In this document: positions 8,613-18,063 of the stretch, one piece after another | Layout: each line of letters opens with the position of its first letter | Position numbering within the stretch: position 1 is the stretch's first letter | Virus record (IMG/VR): IMGVR_UViG_3300037484_000235 | Span: 32,001 to 96,000 of that record | From: a virus | Lineage: Duplodnaviria; Caudoviricetes | Direction: 5' to 3' (one strand) | Length of the DNA: 64,000 bases | Translations under genes and position numbers: made by a program | The notes under the pieces: model-generated | What the model was told of the DNA's origin: nothing | Seen by the model: the letters and a program-made list of their open reading frames with translations, nothing else | Database searches by the model: none

Positions 8613-8917
8613 CACGGTCTATCAGACTCACAGGTCATGGGTCTTGCGTTTTCAGCTGCTGGAAGGATCGCATTTGAGGTAGTGGTACACCCCACGGCCA
8701 TCGGATTGAGCCGCTTCTCGCAAGCGGTTTTCCGAACTGGGGCTCGTGTATCCCACACGACCAGGGTGTCTTCCAGAGAGTACAAAGCGATTGTGTGGTT
8801 GAGAGTTGTGTCTGTGCCAATGTTCAAGAGCTTGTGCAAGCCTGCGTCCTTCGAGTTCATTGCCACACGAGACGTGACGCGTGGATGAAGATACAGGTGT
8901 AAGGTGCAGAAGAAGTC

Positions 8918-9184
8918 ATGCATGGGTACCCCATAAACTTCAATGACCCAAGATACTCGAACAGGGTGTGTGGGTCTTGTAACTGTCAGACAGGGTGCTG
9001 CGCCAATCAAGCGCTTCTGAAGCGGATAGGGGATAATGCATATCTCCGCCAGAGACTTGCTCTTTGGGAGGGGATTATTGTTGGATCACATCCTCCTCCA
9101 TCAGAGCCACGAAAGAATCGGAAAGAACGCCGCTTGAAGGAGCACCTGTCTCGGTGTGGTCCACCTGCAAAAAGGCGTTGGTGA
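8918..9184 (+). CDS. hypothetical Cys-rich basic protein
   Basis: 88 aa, CGSCNC..CC. Confidence 0.45.
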   Translation: MHGYPINFNDPRYSNRVCGSCNCQTGCCANQALLKRIGDNAYLRQRLALWEGIIVGSHPPPSEPRKNRKERRLKEHLSRCGPPAKRRW

Positions 9185-9238
9185 CGTGGTATGAAAGCCC
9201 CGTTTTCAAGGCTCTATCCTGCGCTTAGGTAGGCCCCC

Positions 9239-9520
9239 ATGAGCAGCAGTAAACCCCAGTCAATTCCGGTCCAGATCAACAACGTCGTGGACATCCGATT
9301 TGCCAGGGTCAAGAAACTATCCAGAGCATTCTTTGCAGACTTGAACTCGGCAGTCCCAGATGACAGATTGGTGCCAATGGCATTTGAGTTCATTGAGACA
9401 CTCAGGGGCTCAGGACAAGTACCCACAGCGCCAGTTAAGAGGGTCATCCTCAAGCACGCGATGCTAGTAGCACTTCTTGACACGCTTCGGAGTGAGAAGG
9501 TGCGCCGGAATCGACCTTAG
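9239..9520 (+). CDS. hypothetical protein
   Basis: 93 aa ORF converging on minus operon. Confidence 0.5.
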   Translation: MSSSKPQSIPVQINNVVDIRFARVKKLSRAFFADLNSAVPDDRLVPMAFEFIETLRGSGQVPTAPVKRVILKHAMLVALLDTLRSEKVRRNRP

Positions 9521-9819
9521 TCGGTGAGGTACTCCCACAGACACCCATCGAAATGGACCCTTCGATTGATCTCTTCCCAGAGGGCGTACAACGCAGGTTC
9601 ACTACCTAGGATTTTGGCAGCAAAGTTGGAGTTGAGAACTGGACCTTCGGGGGTCCACAACACCAGAATGTCTTTCCCACCAAGATCTGAGATCTTGTCT
9701 GGGTGATCTGCAAAGTAGGTCAGGAGCCATCGGATGCGGTCAGCACGAATTTCCTGCTTCTGGTCCCTGGATTGCTCACCTGCTTCCGCAATCCCATCCA
9801 TCCATTCTTTTGTGCTCAT
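9517..9819 (-). CDS. hypothetical protein
   Basis: start MSTKEW, ATGA overlap. Confidence 0.6.
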   Translation of the reverse strand: MSTKEWMDGIAEAGEQSRDQKQEIRADRIRWLLTYFADHPDKISDLGGKDILVLWTPEGPVLNSNFAAKILGSEPALYALWEEINRRVHFDGCLWEYLTD

Positions 9820-10028
9820 AGCGCCAACTCCACTGCATGTTCCAGGGCACGAATGCACTCAGTGCACTTGGTATCCACGAATAGATCCAGCCCCCATCCG
9901 TGCTTGGCCAGAAGTCCACATTCCGCTTTTCTATCATGGTTCACGGCGTGCAGCTTCCAGCCAGTTTGAGCTGCTGAGTGACTGTTGCGTGGGTTTGTAG
10001 TACGCCACTTAGTCATGAGACCGCTCAA
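9816..10028 (-). CDS. hypothetical protein
   Basis: 70 aa, LHAV..CG..CxxC. Confidence 0.5.
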   Translation of the reverse strand: MSGLMTKWRTTNPRNSHSAAQTGWKLHAVNHDRKAECGLLAKHGWGLDLFVDTKCTECIRALEHAVELAL

Positions 10029-10602
10029 AGGGACGGAGTTTCAGTTCCTCGCCAACTAGCGCCCGAAGGCGACGGAGTTTTAACTCGTCACTGACTAGCT
10101 TGTCGTGGAGTTTGAAATCGTCCTGAGTCCAATACCGGACTCGATTGTAATCAGGGATCTTACCCCTTAGGTGTTCCCATGCTTTTTGTAGAGTCCACCT
10201 GATTGGTTTCCGTCCTGTTCTCAACCAGGGCCAGTTCTTGGGGTCTGATTGTTGAACACACCATCTGTTCGATCCACTGGGGATACCTCTCCATCGCCTT
10301 TGACGTGGAGACTTCCTAAGGGACTCAGATTGAGCCAGGCTCCTGGCTCTACATACTTCACAATGGTACGGAGCATACAGTCCTGTGTTCCCTGGCTGGT
10401 TGCACCCTTTGCAGCGCACTGTTCCACACACCCGATCAAGATGGGCCAGAGCCTCATCCGCAAGATGGACGAACCCTCCTTGGCGAGCTAGCTTCTCAGC
10501 TTCGTAGATGAGTTCCCTGTCCCCAGAGCGGATGGCTGCCGTCACCGTCTCCCGGATGGGAACGATGCTTCTAGTGCCACGGTATTTTCGTACTGGGTCC
10601 AC
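10009..10602 (-). CDS. hypothetical protein with Zn-finger-like CxxC pairs
   Basis: probable GTG start; CKGC..CEVC. Confidence 0.55.
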   Translation of the reverse strand: MDPVRKYRGTRSIVPIRETVTAAIRSGDRELIYEAEKLARQGGFVHLADEALAHLDRVCGTVRCKGCNQPGNTGLYAPYHCEVCRARSLAQSESLRKSPRQRRWRGIPSGSNRWCVQQSDPKNWPWLRTGRKPIRWTLQKAWEHLRGKIPDYNRVRYWTQDDFKLHDKLVSDELKLRRLRALVGEELKLRPFERSHD

Positions 10603-10609
10603 CGGTACT

Positions 10610-10954
10610 TTAGGACGCCTTGTGCATCTCGATGAACGCGATGAGGGCGTCTGCGCGCTCCGACTTCTGAGGGCCGGAGACATCGACACCCTTGATGTTC
10701 TTGTAGCGGACCTCGAAGTACCCGTTCATCAAGGCCACGACATTGGCGTTCGGATAGCCACAGATGGTCCGCGCCTCAGCTCGAAGAGATTCGTACCTTT
10801 CCCAGTAGCCCGCAGGCCACTTCTTCGCAGTCTCGTCCTTGTCCTTGTGGCTCCAGTTGCCGTTGGTGTCGTCATCCTCGTGGAGGGTGTGTGCGAAGCG
10901 TTCGTCGTTCAGAATTGAGTCGTTCATGATTGTCTCGGGGTCGTTTCTTCTCAT
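10610..10954 (-). CDS. hypothetical protein
   Basis: first ORF after promoter 10993-11023. Confidence 0.65.
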   Translation of the reverse strand: MRRNDPETIMNDSILNDERFAHTLHEDDDTNGNWSHKDKDETAKKWPAGYWERYESLRAEARTICGYPNANVVALMNGYFEVRYKNIKGVDVSGPQKSERADALIAFIEMHKAS

Positions 10955-10992
10955 GTGGCCAAATCTTGGACACGATTACCTTACGCTCAGGG

Positions 10993-11023
10993 AACGATTA
11001 GGCGAGGAATAATTTACACGATT
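10993..11023 (-). promoter_or_regulatory. repeated promoter (N17), left member of divergent pair
   Basis: AATCGTGTAA-N17-CGTT. Confidence 0.75.
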
Positions 11024-11034
11024 CGCAATTCCAG

Positions 11035-11064
11035 AATCGTGTAAATCGCCTGCGCTCCGCCGTA
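11035..11064 (+). promoter_or_regulatory. repeated promoter, right member of divergent pair
   Basis: AATCGTGTAA-N16-CGTA then GGTGAGG RBS. Confidence 0.8.
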
Positions 11065-11082
11065 ACTGTGGTGAGGGTACCC

Positions 11083-11337
11083 ATGTCGTCCACCGAAGCA
11101 GAGATCAATGACGCAATCGAGGCGCTCACGTCCCCCGCACGGGAGAGACGATTGGCGGCTAGTCTTGACATGCGTGGCCTATGTCCGGCTGACTGCTACT
11201 GGCAAACGGAAGAGGAGCAACAGGCCCTGGACCGGCTGCAACTAGAGCTGATCCGAGTGCAGCCGACCACAGAACAGATTCGGGAGCGCGTCGCTCAGAA
11301 ACGTGCTGCCAGGTTGGCATCTGGAGAAAAGTCATGA
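11083..11337 (+). CDS. hypothetical protein
   Basis: ATG after RBS, MSSTEAE. Confidence 0.7.
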   Translation: MSSTEAEINDAIEALTSPARERRLAASLDMRGLCPADCYWQTEEEQQALDRLQLELIRVQPTTEQIRERVAQKRAARLASGEKS

Positions 11338-11642
11338 GCTGGTACCACTTTCACTGCAATTCAGGCGCCGGACACCAGTCGTTCCACGAGACCTACAGGT
11401 GGATCGATGCCCCCAATAAAGACGACCTGGAGTGTTACTGGGAAGATTGGGTCCGGGATGGGTACTGGCATGATGCCATTGGCGGAATCGACAAGGTCAA
11501 ATCTCTGCCGAAGGAGTGGCATGAGCGTCTAGTCGACAAGTACAAGAACAGAATCCTGCACAGCCGAGAGATGCTTGTTCTACTGGGTAAGACGCCAGTG
11601 AGGGCACCAAAGCGGGTGGCACGCAAGGAGAAGACGCCATGA
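11334..11642 (+). CDS. hypothetical protein
   Basis: ATGA-coupled. Confidence 0.7.
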   Translation: MSWYHFHCNSGAGHQSFHETYRWIDAPNKDDLECYWEDWVRDGYWHDAIGGIDKVKSLPKEWHERLVDKYKNRILHSREMLVLLGKTPVRAPKRVARKEKTP

Positions 11643-12043
11643 AGAGTCTGGTTTCGTTTCCCTTGACGAATCCACCGGATGACTTTCTCACGTGGTCCGT
11701 CAAAGGAGAGTCGGGCTGGTCGGATGAAAAGCTGTTCGTCGAGGCACGTGCCTGCGCTTGGGAGGGTGATGTAAAGGCGGCCGTTGTTGTGAACAACGGC
11801 CAGATTCTCGAAGTCTGTGACGCCTCTACCTTGTCCCTCTTCCAGCTTGCCCTCACCCTCCTCACTTGTGAGGCTTGCAACGGCTGTGAGCTTTGCTGCA
11901 TGGAGGGTGAATGTCAAGGTTGTGGGCAATGTGAGGTTTCCGACTTCGATGACACCATGGATGGTGACGCTGGTTCCGCGCTTTCCTCAGCAGGATTTGG
12001 GACGGACGAAGACTATGGCGGCCCCTGTGACTTCGAGTCATAA
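11639..12043 (+). CDS. hypothetical protein with Cys cluster and acidic GTDEDYG tail
   Basis: CEACNGCELCC..CQGCGQC; DGDAGSALSSAGFGTDEDYG. Confidence 0.7.
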   Translation: MKSLVSFPLTNPPDDFLTWSVKGESGWSDEKLFVEARACAWEGDVKAAVVVNNGQILEVCDASTLSLFQLALTLLTCEACNGCELCCMEGECQGCGQCEVSDFDDTMDGDAGSALSSAGFGTDEDYGGPCDFES

Positions 12044-12257
12044 GCTCGACTACCGGGACCAACTGCGGCCACGAAACAAGGAAGACCTATTGGCTGCACT
12101 CGTGGGACTCATTGGGGACTTCATGTACCCGAGTGATGTAGAGGAGGCTCTCATCATGATCGAAGTGCTCTGCCGTCATCACTACGTCGATGGCTACAAC
12201 TCCGCCACCAAACAGTTTGGGATCGGGCGGGAGTTCTTCAAGGAAGACCTGAAGTAA
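12027..12257 (+). CDS. hypothetical protein
   Basis: GTG start, 76 aa. Confidence 0.55.
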   Translation: MTSSHKLDYRDQLRPRNKEDLLAALVGLIGDFMYPSDVEEALIMIEVLCRHHYVDGYNSATKQFGIGREFFKEDLK

Positions 12258-12321
12258 CATCTGGTGTATGGTGTGTTTGAAAGGTTCGCCCCCTGTAAAA
12301 TAGGGCGTGAATTGAAACACC

Positions 12322-12855
12322 ATGACTGACGCCGATGACCGATCCACAAATGACGACCTGACTGATGACTACGACCCCAACGACTTAGGGGATCTCCAGT
12401 GTGGTATGATTTCATCCACAAGATCAGCGGTGTGTATTCTGAATCCTGGACATGGGGGTATGCACCGTGTCTTTTCCGTTACAACCCACAGTTTTGGACC
12501 CAGGAAGCCTATCCCATTTCCGGATCTGGAAAACATTAACCCAGGAATCCGAGAGACAGTCAGGCTCCTAAATCAGAATGGCTTCCGGACTACAGATAGT
12601 GGTGACGGAAAGACAGGTGACTATTCGTGTGACCGTCCCTACCCATACGTGTCGATTGCTTCAACCCGTGCGGGGTTGATCCAGGATGCAGACGACATCG
12701 CCTTTCTGTTCTCTGAGCACGGTGTTCAAGTCGGAGAACTCACCGAAGAGGGTGAAGGCCCCTACATCCAGGCGATGTACACCCCTCAGGTAAAAAACTG
12801 CGCAATCATCGACATTCAGAATGTCGATGACAAGCTGTTGGGGCTCGTACCCTAA
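12322..12855 (+). CDS. hypothetical protein
   Basis: 177 aa; GF.T.DSGDG motif. Confidence 0.65.
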   Translation: MTDADDRSTNDDLTDDYDPNDLGDLQCGMISSTRSAVCILNPGHGGMHRVFSVTTHSFGPRKPIPFPDLENINPGIRETVRLLNQNGFRTTDSGDGKTGDYSCDRPYPYVSIASTRAGLIQDADDIAFLFSEHGVQVGELTEEGEGPYIQAMYTPQVKNCAIIDIQNVDDKLLGLVP

Positions 12856-14459
12856 CCCTTGGTGACGTGCCCATCGTAGAAGTGGAAGAAGACCGGGACC
12901 CTCTCGATCCCCAGCTCCGCCGCAATGGCCAGTCGATGATTCCCTTCACCAACCTTGACTCCGCCTTTACGACCGATTTGGAGGTGCACGGTGCTCCCCT
13001 TCTTCCATCCTCGGCTGTTCATACTGTCCATCAGCTCGTCCCATTCATGTGGTTCCAGACGAGCCTTGTCCCGAGTCCAAACGTACTCCCTGTAGGGTAG
13101 TAGCTCAGACAGACGGACCATCACGGGCATGTCGTCCTCGTACATCTTGTCCCCGAGCTTTTGCCAGTTCGCAATCACGTCTCCCAGGCCCGTGTAGTTG
13201 GAGTAGTACCCAGCGGTACGACCACCATGTGTAACAGTGCCCAACGCCGCCCGCACGGCGTCCTGCAAACGGTCTGGTTGGAAGGCGAGCATTGGTGTGC
13301 TCAGCATCGCCTCGCGAGCTAGAGGGGCCAGTGCGCCCCGGTCTCGGCCCTGTAGGTTGAACTCTGTGATGAGGGCCGTGTTGTCGATCGGTGGCTTCTT
13401 GAGCTTCTCGAAGAACTCGTCAGCCTCATCGCTGATCATCCCCGTGGTGATTTCCCGGAGTCTGACTTGTTGAGGCTTCGTCAGGAAAGCTACGGGCTGC
13501 GACCCAAGCCCAAGGTCTGCCAGATCCAGAAGCAACGCCACCGCACGGTTCCCGTTGCTGAACTGCTTTGCCATGTACGAGGCAAACGGAGCCTCACTTT
13601 GGATCATTTCCGAGAGGGTCTCGATCAGGCCCAGGTGAGCCATTGTGAGAAGGGCCCCACGTGCATTAGGGGTGTCCAGAATGTCTTGCACCAAGATCGT
13701 GGCAATCGCCTCCCATGGCATCTTCTTCATCTTGGGGGCGTTACGCCGGACACTGGCCGCAACCTCATCGGTCAGATCAAGCTCGTACTTGATCGAGAAT
13801 TTAATCAGTCTGAGCATACGTGTTGGATCGTCGGAGAATGTTCGGTCCGGATCCAACGGTGTGTGGAGCATTCGCTCTTCGAGGTGCTGCACGCCAAGAC
13901 CCGTAAGGTCGATGACTTCTGCGTAGTCAGGTCCGTTTGCTAGGTCGAGCAGTCTCCAGAGCAGAGAATTGAGCGTGAAGTCGCGTCGATTTATATCCTC
14001 TTCGATGGTGGCTGGTTGGACATCGGTGGGCTTGTAGCCTTTTCCTTTCCCTTCGGCTCCACCGTAGGACTCTTTGCGCGCATTCGCGATTTCCAGAATT
14101 TCACCCTTCAGCGAGTGGCCCTCAAGTTCCCATTCTCCCTTAATTGTCAGTATGACAACCCCATACTGATTGGTTGTGAGATTCGTTGGGGCTGGGATAG
14201 CCTTGGCCAGTTGATTTGCAAACCACTCTGAGTTCTTGCCGAGCGCGATGGAATCTACGACGACGTCCAAATCATTGATTGGGTACTTGGATCCACCAGG
14301 GTCCATCATGAAGTTACGCACGGCCCCACCAACCACGTAAACGTGACTAGCCACACCCAATTCGATTGCTGTGCGAGACAAGAACTTCATCAGCGCCACT
14401 GAGCGTGCATGCGACCCAGCGTTGAGAAAGCGAGTTGCGACTTGAGATGCTTGATCCAT
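12852..14459 (-). CDS. cca: class II tRNA nucleotidyltransferase/poly(A) polymerase (CCA-adding type) fused to C-terminal ParB/sulfiredoxin-like domain
   Basis: VVGGAVR, DLDVVV, RKESY, EDINRRDFTLNSL, FSDDPTRMLR; C-term GEGNHRL..A..LG...VPV; no HD domain seen. Confidence 0.88.
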   Translation of the reverse strand: MDQASQVATRFLNAGSHARSVALMKFLSRTAIELGVASHVYVVGGAVRNFMMDPGGSKYPINDLDVVVDSIALGKNSEWFANQLAKAIPAPTNLTTNQYGVVILTIKGEWELEGHSLKGEILEIANARKESYGGAEGKGKGYKPTDVQPATIEEDINRRDFTLNSLLWRLLDLANGPDYAEVIDLTGLGVQHLEERMLHTPLDPDRTFSDDPTRMLRLIKFSIKYELDLTDEVAASVRRNAPKMKKMPWEAIATILVQDILDTPNARGALLTMAHLGLIETLSEMIQSEAPFASYMAKQFSNGNRAVALLLDLADLGLGSQPVAFLTKPQQVRLREITTGMISDEADEFFEKLKKPPIDNTALITEFNLQGRDRGALAPLAREAMLSTPMLAFQPDRLQDAVRAALGTVTHGGRTAGYYSNYTGLGDVIANWQKLGDKMYEDDMPVMVRLSELLPYREYVWTRDKARLEPHEWDELMDSMNSRGWKKGSTVHLQIGRKGGVKVGEGNHRLAIAAELGIERVPVFFHFYDGHVTKG

Positions 14460-14495
14460 GAGGGCTCCACCCAATGCAGAAAATAGACGGCTTCG

Positions 14496-14687
14496 CTAAG
14501 GCCGTGGCTTGGAACGACGTACGCGAGGTCTAGAAATACCAATCTGCTCGATGAGATCACTAGCCTTGCGGAATTCGCACTCCAGGCACGAGCACGTATC
14601 CCCACATCCCATACTCTTCGTTGTTGCAGCGTTTCGAAGTCGCAGCACTTCTCTTGCGGCACGGATTTTTTCTGCCAGACTCATCAT
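14496..14687 (-). CDS. hypothetical protein
   Basis: 63 aa, CGDTCSCLEC. Confidence 0.55.
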   Translation of the reverse strand: MMSLAEKIRAAREVLRLRNAATTKSMGCGDTCSCLECEFRKASDLIEQIGISRPRVRRSKPRP

Positions 14688-14926
14688 GGACCCATCCCCA
14701 CAAAGGAATTAGGCCCGTCCACAATGGCTTCGGTCTCTCTTCCTGTTGGGCTTAGCAGACGGAGACGGACACACAGTCGACCCCACCAAGGATGCTTTTC
14801 TTCCGCCGAGAGAATCTTGTAGGGCACTAGGATCATTTTGAAATCCGGTGGGTACCACTCTGGCATGTCTAGGGTCTTACCTACCACATAGCGTCTAGAT
14901 GGGGTGTCCCTGTATGGATGGGTCAT
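14684..14926 (-). CDS. hypothetical protein
   Basis: 80 aa coupled ORF. Confidence 0.55.
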   Translation of the reverse strand: MTHPYRDTPSRRYVVGKTLDMPEWYPPDFKMILVPYKILSAEEKHPWWGRLCVRLRLLSPTGRETEAIVDGPNSFVGMGP

Positions 14927-14934
14927 ACGAGGGA

Positions 14935-15261
14935 CTATTCTGGAGTGTCAATCGACCGATATTCCACAGGTCGGCCTTTGGACTCAGCACGCTCAATACC
15001 GAACCTCATCCCACGTGAGATGCCACGGTCTGTGTAGACGACCGTGGCATCCGCTTTCAATCCCCACGCAAGACCCGCTTCGATACCCCTGGTGCGCTCT
15101 TCCAGAATGAGGTCATCAAGGACGCCATCCTGTGTGTAGAGCAGGTGGCTTGCAAAGGGGGCCTCACCACGTAGAAGGGAATCTCGCATGCACCGTCGTG
15201 CATAGAGCTTGTTCGCCTCTACGTCACCTGCAAATGGACTCTCAAGGATGACGAGTCTCAT
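14935..15261 (-). CDS. conserved phage protein (deoxyribosyltransferase-like fold, uncharacterised)
   Basis: VILESPFAG, ARR, GEAPFASHLLY, GISxGM..G motifs. Confidence 0.65.
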   Translation of the reverse strand: MRLVILESPFAGDVEANKLYARRCMRDSLLRGEAPFASHLLYTQDGVLDDLILEERTRGIEAGLAWGLKADATVVYTDRGISRGMRFGIERAESKGRPVEYRSIDTPE

Positions 15262-15328
15262 GCTGCAAGTCTGTGTTCTGGGCTTGCCACAGCCAAGTAG
15301 ATACTAAGAGGGGGCGAGAATACTAGAC

Positions 15329-15868
15329 TCATTTGGAAATACCATCCTCTAGATTACGGGAAGCCGTGACGCCGACCTGATCCTGATACTTGGAACTCGT
15401 CCCATAGGGTTTTTCGGCGCTGCCTAGAAGAGCATGAAAGCTTACCTGACAGATCGAGTCCCCCTCTTGAAGCTCCACTGGCGGTCCCGCGATATCTAGC
15501 TCCAGGGTGATGTTCCCGGCAAATCCAGGGTCAATGAACCCAGCTGTGGCATGAATCCTAAGACCGACACGACCCCAGGATGAGCGGCCGTCAACTCTGC
15601 CTACAAGATCTCTGGGCATCACGATACGTTCCCGGGTCCCAATCAGATAGAGCATACCTGGTTTTAGAACCCAGGATCCAACGGGAACAAGTTCCGAGCG
15701 TCCTGGTCGCAATGCCACTCCGTAGGGCGCAGTAACCCTACATAGTGGGCCCACGATTGTCAGGTCTACAGACGCCGGTTGAACCCTCCCCTCGATCTCC
15801 AGGGCCCTGTGGTGGTCTGGAAACAGGGTTGGGAGTAACAGCTTGATCTGAGAGTCCTGAAGAATCAT
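15329..15868 (-). CDS. dcd: dCTP deaminase
   Basis: QPASVDL, GRSSWGRxGL, AGFIDPGFxGxITLEL, YQDQ. Confidence 0.9.
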   Translation of the reverse strand: MILQDSQIKLLLPTLFPDHHRALEIEGRVQPASVDLTIVGPLCRVTAPYGVALRPGRSELVPVGSWVLKPGMLYLIGTRERIVMPRDLVGRVDGRSSWGRVGLRIHATAGFIDPGFAGNITLELDIAGPPVELQEGDSICQVSFHALLGSAEKPYGTSSKYQDQVGVTASRNLEDGISK

Positions 15869-15925
15869 GTGCGTTACGATACCACCAGACTTGAGAGATT
15901 GAATGGCGGCACTGGGGCCCCTGCT

Positions 15926-16660
15926 TCAATACTCTTTTCTGGGATACCTGCCACCGTTCTCAATGGCCACGACCTGAGCCTGAGCCGCATCATACAGGCG
16001 CAGACCCTCGACGTGAGCGGGCCAGTCCCGTGCGGGGTTACACCCCTGCACTCGGTCTGCGGCACGCAGGGACTCAACTGCCATGCTTGTGCAGTCCCCT
16101 GGGCTAGGGCCATAGCGACTGACGATCTTCTGGGGGCCCCTCAGTTCAGGAGGGCAGCAGATGTAGAGATCTGCACGAGCGTAGAACTGCCTGCTTACCA
16201 CCCTGCCAATAGCATCCACACTGACCTCGGGGACAGCATCCGGCGTGTACCGTCCGAGGAACTGGCACTCTTTGCAGGTGTGTGGGTACTCCGGCACGGG
16301 CCGTGGCGTGCAGGGCGGATGACGTCGAGCGTAGTCATCGAGGATGGCATCGGCCTGCTTGGGGGTCAGGCGGGTAGGGTTGGGGCTCTCTGTGAACTCT
16401 TCGGGGGTGAACCGGAAACCGCCTGGCATCACATCGATTGTTCCAGGTGGTAAGCCCTCGATTGTGGTTGTACCACCCACCACCGGGCGCAGCTCCCCAT
16501 CTTCGGTGGCGTGAGCATAGAGCGCGTCAATGACCACATCGATTTCGGCAAGGGCCCGGACCTCTAGAGCCTCTTGAATGTCACCAGGCGGAGTAATGCG
16601 CATCGCCTCGCCATAGGCTCGAATTGCTTCCTTGAGATTACGGGCAGTCATACGATCCAC
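15926..16660 (-). CDS. hypothetical protein
   Basis: 244 aa; CxxC.FLG and DLY.C motifs as in 19720-20001. Confidence 0.6.
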   Translation of the reverse strand: MDRMTARNLKEAIRAYGEAMRITPPGDIQEALEVRALAEIDVVIDALYAHATEDGELRPVVGGTTTIEGLPPGTIDVMPGGFRFTPEEFTESPNPTRLTPKQADAILDDYARRHPPCTPRPVPEYPHTCKECQFLGRYTPDAVPEVSVDAIGRVVSRQFYARADLYICCPPELRGPQKIVSRYGPSPGDCTSMAVESLRAADRVQGCNPARDWPAHVEGLRLYDAAQAQVVAIENGGRYPRKEY

Positions 16661-16875
16661 TTACCCCTGATTTTCGAAGCGTGGAGTACGCATCGACGCT
16701 CGCCTGGATTCTTGCCCACCTCGTAAATTGCGAATCGAACCACCGCGTGAGTGTGGATGATGTTCGAGAGTTCGTGTAACGCGTCCACGATGGTGTCCGC
16801 GTCTCTACTGGCGTCCCCCTGATTTTTCATGGTCCATACGACCTCGAAGTGATCCTTCTTACGGGCGGTAGTCAT
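16648..16875 (-). CDS. hypothetical protein
   Basis: 75 aa in operon. Confidence 0.6.
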   Translation of the reverse strand: MTTARKKDHFEVVWTMKNQGDASRDADTIVDALHELSNIIHTHAVVRFAIYEVGKNPGERRCVLHASKIRGKWIV

Positions 16876-17206
16876 GTGTGATCTTCCCCTTTCTCAGGCG
16901 TTCGGTGAGGGCCCCTGCGATGAGGGCCTGGCGGATGGTCTTCCCCACTTCGGCCTCGATGGTGTCCCGCTCACCTCGGGATACCAGGAAGTCCTTGGTC
17001 CATCGGCCTCGGCCAGTGCGATATTCGAAGCGGACTAGAAACAATCCATCAGCCTTAGAGGGTGCGACTCGCAGACGTCGCCACTCACCTGAGGTAGGTG
17101 AGGGCTCCGGATTGTCTCGCAAGGTCTCTCGCACGCGGTTGAGTCCCCAGACCAGAAAGACCAGGACTAGCCAGCCCGTGACTGCGATGAAGAAAAAGAC
17201 CGTCAT
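16859..17206 (-). CDS. hypothetical protein with N-terminal TM anchor
   Basis: hydrophobic first 22 aa. Confidence 0.6.
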   Translation of the reverse strand: MTVFFFIAVTGWLVLVFLVWGLNRVRETLRDNPEPSPTSGEWRRLRVAPSKADGLFLVRFEYRTGRGRWTKDFLVSRGERDTIEAEVGKTIRQALIAGALTERLRKGKITHDYRP

Positions 17207-17218
17207 GCTTTGACCTGC

Positions 17219-17410
17219 TTATTTCACGTTTTCAAGCTGAGCGACAAGCGCCATGACGTCTTCTAGAACACTGGCTGCTACAAGAGAACGATTCACGTAT
17301 GGGTTCGCATGAGGAACCCCACTAAGATGCTCCTCATCGCAAGCATCTGCGATTTTCATGAGCCGTTCACGTTCGACGAGCAATTTCTTGATCAAGTCAG
17401 ACTTGGTCAC
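17219..17410 (-). CDS. hypothetical protein
   Basis: 63 aa coupled. Confidence 0.6.
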   Translation of the reverse strand: MTKSDLIKKLLVERERLMKIADACDEEHLSGVPHANPYVNRSLVAASVLEDVMALVAQLENVK

Positions 17411-17634
17411 ACGTCCTCGACTCGGATTACGACCCGCACGATGCGCACGAGGGGGCCCAGAGGGTGTCCACTCAGAGCCTTTTCGGCCTCTGCCAGATTT
17501 GAGAATCGGTAGGAATCCACTGCGTCATCAATCCACTGATGTGGACGTGAGTCCCCCTCTGGATTGATGAAGGAGGCATTGAGATAGCCCCTCTCGTAGA
17601 GACGCAGGGTGTACCACACCCACTGAGTGGTCAT
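17407..17634 (-). CDS. hypothetical protein
   Basis: 75 aa coupled. Confidence 0.6.
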   Translation of the reverse strand: MTTQWVWYTLRLYERGYLNASFINPEGDSRPHQWIDDAVDSYRFSNLAEAEKALSGHPLGPLVRIVRVVIRVEDV

Positions 17635-17870
17635 TTGAGATTGGCCTCATGATCTCGCTTGAGCAGGATCATGATCTTCGAGCGGGCCTCACGGAAGGCA
17701 ACAGACTCCCCCTTGGCCTCACCCCAGTTGAAGAGCATGGTCTCCCGGGCAGGGCCCTTCGCTCGCTTGGCAGCCAGTTCAAACCCGGTAGCTGCCTTGA
17801 GGTTGTGCTCCGCCTCATCCAGTAGCTCGTTGGCGATGGCCTCCAGCTTCATTCGTGTGCTCAGGTCCAT
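17631..17870 (-). CDS. hypothetical helical protein
   Basis: start MDLSTRM. Confidence 0.6.
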   Translation of the reverse strand: MDLSTRMKLEAIANELLDEAEHNLKAATGFELAAKRAKGPARETMLFNWGEAKGESVAFREARSKIMILLKRDHEANLK

Positions 17871-17877
17871 TAGCGTG

Positions 17878-18063
17878 TTACTCCCTTGCCTGGGGTGTGG
17901 GATAGACACATCGGCATTCTACAGGGGCCGGACTCATCTTTGGATCCAAGGAGAGCTTGATCATGGCCACCGCAATCGCGAAGAGGGAGATGGAAATGAG
18001 AAAGAGGAAGAAGAAAACGGTGCTCGAATCCTCGATTGCCACCGTCTTGGGTGTGGTCAGCAT
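17878..18063 (-). CDS. small single-TM membrane protein
   Basis: MLTTPK...VFFFLFLISISLFAIAVAMI. Confidence 0.55.
   Translation of the reverse strand: MLTTPKTVAIEDSSTVFFFLFLISISLFAIAVAMIKLSLDPKMSPAPVECRCVYPTPQARE

Noticed and set aside
12270-12321. CTGTAAA (tRNA-Tyr anticodon-loop-like) inside an intergenic hairpin
   Set aside because: The stem does not close the 7-nt loop and there is no T-arm or CCA; probably an ordinary hairpin.
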